A DNA stretch of 45,805 bases, the filler included, from Sphacelaria rigidula (taxonomy: Eukaryota), in the NCBI GenBank assembly GCA_964200075.2. It is 2 parts of 2 records of this genome, joined end to end, with 100 filler letters (N's around TTAATTAATTAA, not from the genome) between each part and the next. Parts side by side here need not be neighbours in the genome. Positions count along the whole stretch, not along the records: positions 1 to 22,871 come from CAXNAA020000305.1; positions 22,972 to 45,805 come from CAXNAA020000306.1. One strand, 5' to 3'. Shown piece after piece: positions 11,882-24,138 of this stretch; positions within the stretch are counted from its first letter, which is position 1, and each line of letters begins with the position of its first letter. The notes below the pieces were generated by a model. It was not told the origin of the DNA. It did no database searches and was given only the letters and a program-made list of their open reading frames with translations. A program made the translations under genes and the position numbers.

Positions 11882-12539
11882 CATGATTCTGCAAGCGCGA
11901 TTGCTCAAAATAGCAGCATCTGACTTCTTGGCTCATGTTTGGGATCATGGTTGTGATTTCTGTCGAAATCAATGGCGCCTACAGTTGTGCTTTTCAGAGC
12001 TTGGTACGAGTATTTGACTCCGACACTCCCAATTCTGAAGCGACGAGACAGCTGACATATTGCATCCATGCACCGATTTATATCATGTCCTCCAGACAGG
12101 TGGTGAAGCTACTGTATCACTCGGGCCTCCATCCGCCCAACTCGTACCACATCCGTTGTTGGGGCTGGATCTCGACGGACAGACTCCGAGTGAGTCAGCC
12201 AGATGGGGCGGGGGAGGAGCGGCGACGCCGCGGACGGCGGCAACTACGGAACGCGGAGGTTTCGACGGCAAAGGTTTCGCAGGGCCGACACAGCGGACAC
12301 ATCTTGCGGTGGTGACAGACGGACGAGGGAGCAGGGCTGCGTCGGTGCCGACGACGGTGCGAAGGGTGGGTGTTGGCACCCGCGCGGCGGTTCGGAAGAT
12401 TCCACCATCATATATTGCGGTACTGACAGGCAGCGGGGAAATAGCGGCGGCAGCGGACCAGGGTCTGCGTGGTGCGGCGCTTCCCCAGCCTTCCAGTCTT
12501 TGCTGTGGTGGCATAATGGCAGTGGGCCTGATCAGAGTA

Positions 12540-13764
12540 TCCACAGCGCAGCTGGACCCAAGATAAGTGAGGGTGAGATGGCTACAGTCCACTGCATCAT
12601 CCTTTCCGAGTTGTTGTTCAAGAAGCACTAGAAGAAGTGGCTCGTAACTTCGATTGATACTGATCAGTGGATTATTGTGTCGCTAGCAATATCCTCCGGG
12701 TATATCACGCCGCAGGGCTCCGACGCAGCGCAAGTCACTGTTGAACGATTGTGAGCGGTGGCCCCCGGTACATCCTCGAGGACAGGGTGTACAGCTCCAC
12801 CGAGAATCTGAGGGATGGGAGTGAGAGCGCTTGGCCGCCCGCCGGACAGTATACGTGGTTGACGCCATCTATGAAGGTAGCATTATTTGTGTTGACCTAC
12901 CTTTAGGCTGGATGTGACTTCTTACCATATGTGTCAAGGATTCCTTTCCTCAAGCTTTGGGATTTCGTGCTGAAGGCCCTGCGCACGTCGAATCTGTTTA
13001 CAGCACCGATATTCACGGAAGAGGACGGCATCCTGAGAGTGGACATCGATGAGGGCGTGAAGCTGCCGGCCGCCATGTTTTTTTCCAGGGACGAAAACGC
13101 TTCTGCGCAAATCGCCACGGATCCGGGGCTTCTCTTCGCCACGGGGGGGGGGTGGGACTTGGGATCGTATGTCAACAAGATCTACCCGTGTGTCACCACA
13201 GTATATGGGCATATGCCTCCCCGGTGCTGCCCAGACTTGGACGCCTGTCGGAAGTACGTGAGCAAGTCTGACGCGGTATTCGACCACTGGGGAGGGAGGG
13301 TTCAGAAGAAGATGCTCACGGTGGACTTCAACGGCCGCGGTTGGGTTGTGGGATCCCAGAAGACTCATCACAAGCGGGGCATAAAACTGGAGAGCAGAGA
13401 GGCAGAGGCGCTCACGCGGGACAACATCGTTATTTATTTATCAAGCTGCACGTATGATGATGGGTCCGGGAACGTGCGGACCCTGAGGTGCTTATGTAAC
13501 CCGGCAAAGGCGCCACAAAGAGACCACCGCTGCAAAAAATGTAGGTGTCTGGGGAACTGCACGCTGAGCTGCGGTTGCCAGGGTCGCTGCTTGCTACCCC
13601 CGCCGTCCTCTGGAGCAACCGAGGAGACTTCCAGTGGTGATGTGACAGTAGAATTGGCGATGCACGTGAACGATCTATTTCTGCCAGGAGCGGATCCACG
13701 GCGGACCGTGGAAGGGCCGAGGCGAGTAGAGCGACCAACGCGTCGAGGGCAGCAGTCAGCGTGA
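12540..13764 (+). pseudogene. Decayed FEN1/XPG(PIN)-like nuclease plus C-terminal 9-Cys CXC domain; Academ-type DNA transposon fragment
   Basis: Motifs in order: EGEM (12569-12580), SIDTD (12650-12664), GCDFLP (12910-12927), VFDHW...GRGW, and CLC...CKKCRC...CTLSCGCQGRC (13489-13590). Broken by TAG at 12629 and 12904 and a frameshift near 12748. No introns seen. Confidence 0.7.
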
Positions 13765-16700
13765 GGCACGGCGATGAGCCGCGCCGGTTTGGCGGCGGGA
13801 GTATGGTCGGAGAGGGATGGGGTCTAGGAATATCCCCGAATAGTCGTTATTATCACGACGGTTGACGTGAAGACTACAACAGCGTCGGGTCAAGAAGTGC
13901 AGCCGGCATCTGGATTGGATATTCCGATTTGGAGTGTAGCGGGTCGGAGACAGATGACCCGGCAACGGAGGCAGAGAATAACTACTGTATGAACATGAAA
14001 TTTTCATGTTTTGATTGCGCCTGATGGAAAAATTGTAAATATTATTTTGGTTTGTAAAGTGGACTTTTGCATTTGCGTTATTCAAGATTGTCTCCTCCAG
14101 GAGGTGGTCACAAAGCTCGCCTCGTGTACATAGCAATGGTGTTCTTTGCATGGTGCAGTGCGCCCTTTGGGGCACAAGTTTATTGAGGTTGGTGTGCTGA
14201 CGCCCTTGGGCGAATCTCCGGTCGTGCGTGAGTGCAGGCATTAATGAACATCGGACGAGTTTATGTCAAAGATGACTGTCGGTCCAACTCTGAACCAAAC
14301 CACGGTCTCCAAGTTTGTCTTTTGTTACTCCTACATGCGTCCATTATTGCACAGTCATCGGCTCTAGTCTGTGGCTGGAATGAACGGTGGTGTGACATCG
14401 AGCGAACCGCCGGCAATCGTTTCTGTGACGAGTTGTGATGAACGCTGGGGGGAGGAAAGTCCGAACGCGTTCTCCAATGCTTCCTCTTCAACAAGCTGAA
14501 CCACTCTGCAGCGCAGCGGATGGTCGATGTGACCACCTTGCCTCCCATTCGTACCACAGTTCCCCTTCGGCAGTACCGCCCCCTTTTGATGCGGAGGAGT
14601 AACGGTATCGCAGACGGTGGAAGCTATCGGCGCAGTGCAGGTGGCGACATTACTTGAGAAGCTCTAATCTAGGCGAGGCTCGTTTTTTATTCTTATCGCC
14701 GAGCCAAGTGTATTTCATTGAGCAATTTTCTCATTTTCCGCACACGTGCAATCAATGATTAATCTCTTGAAGGCCAATTTCTTATTTCTCGCGGACTCGT
14801 AAAAAATAATGGAATTCTTGAAAACAAACGTTTATTTTTGCCTTCAAATGTTAAGTAATATATGAAATATTGTACAATAATTGTAGTACTGTACAAGAGT
14901 ATGTACTGACTACTGTACCGTATTCGGCGGCGGGGGAGGTAAAGAGGGGTGGGGCATCCTTGCGTGGAGGGGCTCATAGGTCTGCCACCAGTTTCTTATT
15001 TCCCAAGGCTGCAGTGTCGATGACAGATTTCTCATTCGCCGGGCCTCTTGAATCTTTCGATTTCTTATCCTTATTTTCGCCTTGATCTGAGCAAAATTTG
15101 TCATTATCGACTTCTTAAAACCTGAAAAATATGAGCCTCGATTTTTTAACTGGTGACTTCTGGCGCAGCTCGGAACTCCCGTCCTTGCATATTTCAGTGT
15201 CGCCTCACAGTTCACGCTTGTTGCAATCTGAAACTAGTTATTATGCCCTGTATGACAGTACTCTTCCCGACAGCTTGCGGTGTGGTCTGGGTGGGGAGGG
15301 CGGGGGGCTATCGACGCATCATTCGGGCGACGATGTCCGCGATTTGAAAGCACCTGAACGCAGAGCAATTGCCGCCTGCTCATTTTGGATACCACCGACG
15401 ATTTGAAGCGCTTTTACACCGCATTCCACATGTTTTAACACCCCGCACCTAGATGGCAAGATCTCGACACATACTGGAGGTGCAGAGACAAATCAAATTG
15501 CTCTGTGTAGACAAAATACATATCTATTAACGGGTCTATGTTCCAGCGGCGCCGGTCCCTGCTGTCAAATAAAACTTCGAGGTGATACGCATATTTTGCC
15601 CTATACCGACGGTAGGTTGATACGATTTTGGGCTTGAACGACGGCCAATAGATAGTTGTGCCTGCCTGTAAAGTTTCGGTCTACATATATCCGTGCAGCG
15701 TCAGTAATCGACGATCGCGTGTCTGAGGGGCCTGTTGGAAAATGCCTTTTTTGATTGTACAAATAGTAACAACTTTGTTTAGGGCTATCCGTCGCTAGCT
15801 TGTGCGCTGTACTGGATATAATTGCGTCAAGCTTCGTTCAGGACATAGCTGCAGATATACACTACAGCTATGTGTCAAAATCATTACCGTTTCGTTCTCT
15901 GTTCACTTCTTTGATCCCGTGGAGTCCTCATCTTCGGGGTGGTGGTGAAGAACGTGACACTAAACTGGGCGTAACACTGCTGAGATTTCTGTGTTGGCGC
16001 AGACACGTGCGCTACTCAAGTCCCATGTACCGCAGAGAGATCAAGAAGGTTCACTTGTGTTCGTGTTTTTTCATGTCGAGGTTCGTTCTGGGCTTCATTT
16101 CCCTCCGCCAGCTGGCTAAAGCCCAGAACAGTACACAGTATATCGATGATATTTTCAAAAGCACCGTTTCACCATGATGAATCAAGCTTACTGTACACCT
16201 CTGAAAGGGGCGGTGCTCTAGCACACGAGATGACACCCCCCCCCCCTTCCCCTCAAACATTTGAAAAGACGGCGGAAGCAACAGGGATTCCGTCACGGCG
16301 ACAGAACGTCGTCACGAAGCCAGCCTCGCTGCGATGGGGGACGAGGACACAGCCGCTCGGCGATATGGAAAGTTATACCTTGCGATCCGCAGTTCGAGGT
16401 TCAAGCCCACCTGCGGAGGAGGATCCCACATGAAACACAACGCAACGCCATCATGCAATCACCTGGTCGGCATACACAAGAGAGATATTGTACATATTTT
16501 CGTAAGCTGTCCTATGTTGGGTGTATATAGTGCTTGGTCATCGTCACCATTGCACCTTTAGGTAATTTCTGGCGCGGCACCGACAGTCACTGTATCTTTT
16601 ACCGCAAGATGTCCCAACCCTGACCAGGCGGTGGGCATCACGTGAGTATTGCCTGTACGGCACCGATCAACACGACGAGCTATCAAGAACAAAAGCACGA

Positions 16701-16807
16701 CGGCCAACAATAGGGAGCCAGTAGCATTGATATATGCAAGTCGCTCTACCTTTATGTTTTTTTTTTTTTCGTTGCTTTCCCATGTTTTTCCTTGCTATTA
16801 TTGATGA

Positions 16808-17277
16808 GGCCAACTCTAATGGCAGCAATCCAAAATTCCTGTTCAAAACTGCCTTTTTGGCCCTTCTCCGTCGATTTATGCCTGAAAAGAGAGCTAGGCG
16901 GATGTTGACGCCTTGGAATGACTTGCTCTACTCGTTGAGGTCATTCTAGGGCACCTTCGCATTTCCCGCTGGCCGCACTTTTGTTTCTAGCCAAATGAAG
17001 CGCGGCACAGATTTTCAGTAAAAAGCAGCCAGGTGATCAAAATTTCCCCGTTTTCTAATCACTTGACCATTTTTTGTTGGAAATCCGTGTTTGTCCAAAA
17101 ATGAAGGTGCGGCCAGCGGGAAATGCAAGGTTGCCCTGGAACGGCCTCAATGAGGAGAGCAAGTCATTCTAAGGCGTCAACATCCGCCCAGCCCTCTTTT
17201 CAGGCGTAAATCGACGGAGAAGGGCCAAAAAGGCAGTTTTGAGCAGGAATTTTGAACGGCTCCCATTAGAGTGGGTC
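16808..17277. mobile_element. PIF/Harbinger (Tourist-like) fold-back MITE, 470 bp
   Basis: About 190-bp inverted arms (ggccaactctaatgg.../...ccattagagtgggtc); 3-bp TSD TGA at 16805-16807 and 17278-17280. Confidence 0.85.
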
Positions 17278-17898
17278 TGAGGCTGAAAATGTCGTGTCAA
17301 AATTTCGGCGCCCACTTCTCGAATTACCCACAGCCGGGCCTAGAAACATTAAAAAATCACTGTCGCTGTGTCAGCGGGCCCCGCTCGTAGAATGGACAGT
17401 GGGTCGAGGGCGTTTTGTTTTATACTTGTACTACGGTTCCCGTTCTCATCACTAAACTATTATACTGCGCTTTCTCCAGGTGACTCCTTGATTGTTTCAC
17501 TGGTATTCCGCTGCTTGGTTTTTCTCCTCCTTCCAAGTTTATATTGTGTGATAGTGCATTTCTGTCAGTGTGCGGAACAGAATACCGCCTACGACTCGCT
17601 ACTGCCGTGAGATACCATCGCCAGAGAAAATATGTTGGTACGAGTGGCTGCTCTCGAATCTTCCTATCGTTCGATTGCGGATCTGAATGGAAGGGCGAAT
17701 ATGACGAGAAATAGTTCTGTTTTTGGTCCTCTCGCGACGAGCAACAACGAGCGTCAGCAGCCTGTGCAGAGCACACCGACACCGCCAACATTGGTTGCGC
17801 TGGGCGTATCACTGTACTATACTGTAAAATAGCAGAAAATGAGGTTCCGATGGGTCGATGCTCTGCTTGAGGAAGGCAAAACACGAGTGCCGAACACC

Positions 17899-18192
17899 AT
17901 GCAAGACCCCGACACCTCGCTATTGGTCAAGTACGTGGTACTTTATCTGTGCACCTGGTGGCTTCTGTCACGCGCGCGTCGGTTGCTCCTCAGCTACTGG
18001 GCGGGGACCACCTCTGGGGAAGGGGGTGTGGTGGTAGATAGGAGTTCGAGGTGGTCGGTGGTAAGGAGGAAGAGGAAGTCGCTGAAAGCGCCGCTGCTGC
18101 TGCTAAAGAAGTCGGAGAGGAATATGGACCTCGTGGAGAGGACGGCAGTCCTGCGCGAACCTTACGTGCCAAGCCCATGGCTTAACCATCAC
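17899..18192 (+). CDS. First exon of a probable membrane-anchored alpha/beta hydrolase (ABHD1/2/3-YheT-like)
   Basis: acaccATG context, N-terminal hydrophobic segment (LLVKYVVLYLCTWWLL), ending LREPYVPSPWLNHH, which resembles the YxPxxW..xH motif preceding the hydrolase fold in this family. Strong donor CAC|GTGAGT at 18192/18193. Later exons not found, so the product call is tentative. Confidence 0.55.
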
Positions 18193-18517
18193 GTGAGTTT
18201 TGCTGCTCCGCGTGTTGTCTTGTGTTGCAAGGGGCGATCTATAGGACGGGGGAAAGACGAATAGGTGATACAGATAGAGCTTGTTGGTGCTGGAATATAG
18301 ATAGTCCAAATAGACAGTCGTTCCGCATGAGGCAACACACCGCGCTAGCTTCAACTTTTTTCTTGTTTTGCCTACTTTCACTTGCACCCAATCCAAGCGA
18401 ATTCAAGCCGCCTTGTGTTCTTCAAACTGTTGGATCGTGACTGGACGGTACACAACGGGCACTGTTGTTTCTAGTACCAGTACTTTTTTTTTCTCAAATA
18501 TGTTTGTTCTGTCTTCA

Positions 18518-18996
18518 GGCCGCTCCTTATAACGGACAAAACTAAAACTCTGGAAAAGTGACTTTTTGAAGCTTTTACGTCGTTTTACGCCCGAAAAGAG
18601 AGCTAGGTCTGACACCTAGGAATGACTTGTTCTACTAGTTGAGGCGGTTCCAGGACATCTCCCCGTTTTCCGGTGGCCCCAGTTTTCATTTTGGCCAAAC
18701 AAGAATTTCTGTTCAAGTACCGTAAAAAACAGTCGAATGTAGGAAAAATCGCGCCTTTCCTCTGGACTTGACTGCTTTTTATCGTTCTTGGACAAACATC
18801 CTTGTTTGGCCAAAATGAAACCTGCGGCCACCGGAAAACGGAAAAATGTCCTGGATTCGCCTCAACTATAGTAGTAGAGCAAGTCATTCCAAGGTACCGA
18901 ACTGTGCCTAGCTCTCATGTGGAGCGTAAAACAACGTGAAAGCTTTAAAAATGCACATTGCAACATTTATATTTTTGTCTGTTATAAGGAGCGACC
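18518..18996. mobile_element. PIF/Harbinger (Tourist-like) fold-back MITE, 479 bp, related to 16808-17277
   Basis: About 200-bp inverted arms (ggccgctccttataac.../...gttataaggagcgacc); flanks TCA / TTA; shares gaaaagagagctagg, ggaatgacttg and gttgagg blocks with the 16.8-kb element. Confidence 0.85.
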
Positions 18997-19399
18997 TTAG
19001 TCCGTATACCTCTTCCCCTTCCTCGGGACGAATCCGGCGTTTCAAGGGATCAACCGATATCTCCCTTAGTAAGTACACCCCTTACATTTTGTTATCACGG
19101 ATTGATTCCGCTCTCCCGCACCGACCGCGTCGACTGTCGCAACAAAGTCACCCAAATATATATAGTGCTTTTTACGTCCTTATGCCTTCTAGGACGGGAA
19201 TAAGAAATGAGAGAATATCGAGGGGAAAAAAAAAGGCAAATTACGTTTTGTAGACGCATATTTTCGGGAATAGAACCCGCGCATCCCCTGCCGTACTGGT
19301 TGGGTCAGAGTGAAAACCCAAAATTTATTCCCCCGTCATTTCTCACGCGAGTTTGTGGAGCCCCTGCAACTGGCACACGTGTGCTACGAGCTATTGCCA

Positions 19400-21030
19400 T
19401 ATTCTTTCTGATTTTTTTTTCTTTTGTCAGATATCCGGGGTTCCGGGGTAGAGGTGGGCTTGTGAAGAAAAAAACGGTTAAAACAGGTTTTTGGGAAACC
19501 CCAATAGGCGTTAACCTGTTACGGTTCCGAAGAAGAAAACCGGAGTTTTTGTTTGCCAGTTCAACCGGTTCAACCGGCAGGAGGAGGCGTTACTATGGCG
19601 GTCAAACCGGTTTTTTCGGTGAACCGGCTTAACAAGTTTTCTCACGGGGATACGATAATAATGTTGGTGTTTCTTCTTGACAAAAGTTGATGCCATGTCT
19701 TGTCGCCTATCGCTCTTGTACGATGATTGCGTCCTCGTTCATTTTGTAGGGCGAAATTGCCCAGGGAGAGGGCGTGTTTGCGTGATTTGGCGTGGTTTGC
19801 AGAGCGTCTAGTTTATGTTTTCCGTTGTCCGCTGTTTTGTTGTTGTTCGACACAAGAGCGGCACGCTTTTTCCATGCAAAGTTGAGGAATGGCGTGACCC
19901 CTGCTCCTCCCTCGTATTGTTGGGCATTGGGTTGGAGGGGCGGGCGGGGTGTAGGGTGCATACAGTACTGGGCGCCTGAACTGTTCAGGGTTGTTCGCAT
20001 ACTACTCTTCGACAGAGCTCCGAAGTGCTAGCGTCGGTAGATTTTGGTAAAATAAGTAGATAATCCTTAAAAAAGCAGTGCCCAAGTTAGTGATACTTGG
20101 TGTTATCGGGCGATACGAGCAGATACCTCGTTTAATAGGGGAGTATTATTGACCGTGAAACACAGTTATTCGACTCTGGTGCAGTGAGTAGGAAGAACTT
20201 CAAAATAATAAAACTGTACATTTTATCACAACAACGGTCGGGACAGGCTTGATCGACCGAAAATTCCCAAGAGTCAGAATCTGTGCTGAAAAATTGCAGG
20301 ACCCTCGATGACCGTTCAGCCCGTAAGTCACTCAATGTTGAGTACAGATGATTTTTGTTTTCATTGAATGTGGAGCAGATGCAAGTATCTTCAGATCCCC
20401 AATGTGATGGACCGTGACAAGCGAAAGAGCCGAAGAAAATCGCCAATGGGGAAGAAATGAGAGAAGAAACGGTTCAGGTGCCTATACTACTAGCTACTAC
20501 TCCGGAGTATAGTTTTTCTTTTCGACTTTTGACACCCTGTGTTGCCCAGGGTTAGGTGCCAGATTTGAACAGCAGCTCTTCAGGTGATCACCAACACCAT
20601 TTTTTATCATGCATTAAAATCTTTGTCACTAGGCACCAGCCACTGTGCTGTAAAGCTCGACAGGTGTTGCATGGGTGCAAAGTGCGGAGGTGTGAGATTA
20701 AACTTTGCCGTCACCGGTAATGGGTGTGTTTGAGCATATCCATCACCCACCACACACAAAACATACGTCAAGAACGCCTAATTCACCTGCGCTTCAATGA
20801 TTTGGAGGCGTGTTCCCTTGCTAGTCAGGTTAAACCGGTTTTCCGGTGAATCGGTTAAACCGGCTGAAAAAAAACGTTCTTTTGTTTTTGAAAATAACGC
20901 CTCTTACCCGGTAACCGGTTTTTTATTTTGGTGTCAGGTGCTCACCTCTATTCCGGGGGTCCTGGGTTTCACATGGTCCCAGTTGGTCCCGTGGGACTCC
21001 AAATATTCGGCTAAAAAAATAAAGAAAGGG
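19400..21030. repeat. Two AACCGGTT-rich segments in inverted orientation (about 19400-19635 and 20825-21030)
   Basis: Clusters of aaccgg/ccggtt; inverted matches gtagaggtggg versus ctcacctctat and gaggcgtta versus taacgcctc. Termini and TSD not resolved. Confidence 0.4.
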
Positions 21031-21040
21031 GAAAGAACAT

Positions 21041-21365
21041 CAGGGCTTGTTCCGATTATGCTAGTATAACCTCAACCATAATTCCACCTTGGTAGCATAA
21101 AAAGCATACCATTTGGATGAGGAGCATAATGAGCACAGGATTTCAGCAAGTAGCATTAAAAGAGTAATATCCACATTACTAGCATAGCCAAGCATAGTTT
21201 TCCATCTTAGCGGGTGGTATTCTAGCCTACATGCTTGCCTCCTCCCATATTGCCCGAAAAGCTGCGATTGACCGCGGGTCCCAAATGAATACGTACAATC
21301 GTGTGCTACGTGCACTATTTTTGAGAGTTTAACCCTTAGACAGCGAGCATAATCTCGGAACAGTT
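21041..21365. mobile_element. hAT-type MITE fragment related (inverted) to 24139-24621
   Basis: Begins CAGGG; cataattccaccttggtagca is the exact reverse complement of tgctaccaaggtggaattatg near 24570; AGCATAAT subterminal motifs; no TSD found. Confidence 0.6.
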
Positions 21366-21409
21366 TCACAGGCTGGCAGTCCGGAGACATCCGGGGGTTT
21401 CCAGTGGGG

Positions 21410-21810
21410 GGCGGAGGTTGGGTTGAGGGGAGGAATGTCTGTCCGCAGAGCAGTCGGAAAGCTCACCCATGTGCGTTTGGAAGTTTCCCGCGGAAGATTT
21501 TAAGCCAGGAACGAGGCCCGATAGGCGCGAAATGACCATTCTGACCAATCACGGCCGTCAAAATGAGCACGTGGTTCCCCTACAGGTTGACAACAGGTGG
21601 GCTACTTTGCTGTCTAGCGGTATTTCTCATTTTGGTCATGTCGATTCCTCAATGAATGTCATGATCACAAATATGGTGTTGTGTACTCTGCTCGTGGTCT
21701 GTGCCGTCTGTTTGACGTCTTATGTATTGCCAGCATGGCTTCACACTGATTGTCTCGTGTTGTTGTGGAAGACTCAGCAGAGGCATCAGCAGTATGCAGT
21801 AAATTGTAGA
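21410..21810. repeat. Dispersed repeat, copy 2 (copy 1 at about 420-810)
   Basis: Same orientation and colinear blocks as copy 1. Confidence 0.8.
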
Positions 21811-21930
21811 GTTGTGAACTGGCTGCCAGTTTAACTGAACAGTTACAGTCAACTGATACAACTGGTTAACTAATCGATTTTGTAACCAGTTGAACCAGTT
21901 ATTTCACCCGACATCTGTGTCATACGAGCT

Positions 21931-22296
21931 GGGCCAGCCTGGAGGCGGATTTGAGGCGGATTTGTAGTTTGCAGGCGAATGCGTTGGGCAATATTTAGAG
22001 CTGGACCCTGAAATTTGGTGTGGACAATGCATAGGGAAGAAAAAAAAAAAACGAGTGGATCAAGAGTATTTTTTTTCGTGAGTTAAAAGCATTTCACTGA
22101 TACCTGAAAACTGATTACTGTACTGCCCTTGACTCTTGAAAAAAACTGTTACACCCGTAATATTCTTCTTATGCCCTATGCATTGCCCATTCCAAATTTT
22201 ACGCTCCAACTCTCAATATTTCCCGACGCATTCACCTTTTCAAAAACAGGGTCGGTATAAATTCGGAACAGTATTTCCCAGGCCATTCACCGGCCC
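21931..22296. mobile_element. Fold-back MITE-like element
   Basis: Inverted arms 21973-22040 and about 22165-22237 (gaatgcgt...aatatt...aaatttgg...caatgcataggg); possible GGGCC...GGCCC termini; TSD not evident. Confidence 0.6.
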
Positions 22297-22871
22297 GCGT
22301 TGGGTTTTTGTGTATTGTTTTGTGTGGGCCCTCGCTGAGGCATAATTAACAAAACAAAGTGAGTCAGGTTGATCTTTTTCATTTTATTTCACTGGTTTAG
22401 GGCGTTCTAGAATAGTGAAGACCATTTTTTCACGAGAACGTCCATGAAGAAAAAAAGGGAGGCCCGTTTTTTTTGTTTTTTGGCATACCTTAGTGGTTGT
22501 TCATGCTAAGTTTCGAATCACAAGTTTAAAAATTGAGCTAAACAAATTGAGACAAGGCCGAAGAGCAATGTTCATTTCTCCTCAAAACTCCGCTCAAAAT
22601 ACGAAAAAAAATGAGAAAAAAATGAAATAATGAAAAGGCTGTTTTTTAAAAATATTTCATTATGCACCAGCGGTCCTCCATACGGAATTTCATAGCACAA
22701 CTCTTGAAAACTGAGACGCGATATCCAGATTTTGAGCATCTTGTGCCACTGCTCGTAGTATATTGATTCTAGTATGGAAACTTATGTGCGCCATATCTCG
22801 AGATAGATTACGATTTAGGTGAAGGTGAGGATATCTATCGTCTCCCCGTGCTCCAGGAAAAATCCAAGGCT

Positions 22872-22971
22872 NNNNNNNNNNNNNNNNNNNNNNNNNNNNN
22901 NNNNNNNNNNNNNNNTTAATTAATTAANNNNNNNNNNNNNNNNNNNNNNNNNNNNNNNNNNNNNNNNNNNN
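22872..22971. other. Synthetic scaffold-joining linker N44-TTAATTAATTAA-N44
   Basis: Exactly 100 bp and symmetric, with a six-frame-stop 12-mer at 22916-22927. Confidence 0.95.
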
Positions 22972-24138
22972 CGAGGTCAATGATCTTATGACTATGGCAT
23001 GCATGATCATGAGTACCCCCCCCCCCCCCTAACGTAGGATGACTCTGGTGATGCGACGTGATACTCCCCACACCTCCCCTATAGGGTGCGGCGCGGTCTC
23101 CACTGGATGTTATAGTCGCCACAGTTCGGCCTTTCTGACTCGCAGTCAAGTCGTACCAGTAGTGTGTCGGAAACAGCTTAGATCCTTGCTCTGAGTCCAG
23201 CGACGTGCTCTCAACACATGAACTCACTTCAGTTTTAGAGTTCCGGCTACACCTGGCAGCCTGATGACTTGGACGCAGATTACCCATCTTCTCCTCTCCC
23301 CCCCTCGCTACTTTTTTGCTTACAGTAAACCCTTGGGTATGGTGCCTGGAGTGAGTGAGAGAAACGCTACCCCTCTCGTGGGAAGGAAGGTTTGCCCGGC
23401 GCCCGAACGACCAACTGGCCGCCATCTACCCCTACGCTATTGCCCCCTACACGAGCGGACGAGACTGGAAGATCAGTCAGTTGACTGCACGCACGAAAAA
23501 AACCAATTCCATGAGTCCCCCGATGCTTACTGTACCGATAATCCGGCCCAAGAATTTGACGGACACTAGATGTATGGCAACTGTAGCATTCGTACCCCAT
23601 TCATGGCCTCTGGGCGCTAAATGAGACATAAATTCAAGCGTTTTTTTTGTGGTATGGTAAGTAAGGTAGTCTACGTCCATGGTTCAGCGGGCGGCTGCGA
23701 GAGTTTGGGGCGGGTGTATCACACAGCATGGCGTTCGCAGCTTTAGCTTCTGAAGGCCCCTTCAGCACGATGGCAGCAGCTGCAACGCCTCTATATACCA
23801 TAGGGATTGCTTTCGCCGACTTTGGCAATGGAAAAAGCGCAAAACAACTGCGGTCTCCGACCAGTTGCTCCTTCTGGTGTGTACGTCCTCTCCCGTCGGC
23901 TGCGACTTGTACATCTTCGGACATGCCAAACCATATGTTGGTGGCGCGGTCACTGCTCATGGTGGTCTCCACCCACAAAATGCCATGTATACTGACTGAG
24001 CTCTGTACTGTAACCCTCCCCGTCCTACCTTCAACTTCCCTCCTTTCTCGGGATGAGTCTGTAGCCTCAAATATTCGACTCATTTTCCATATTTCCCCCG
24101 ATACAGGATTTCTTCCGTTTTTGCACCCCAGATGGGAC

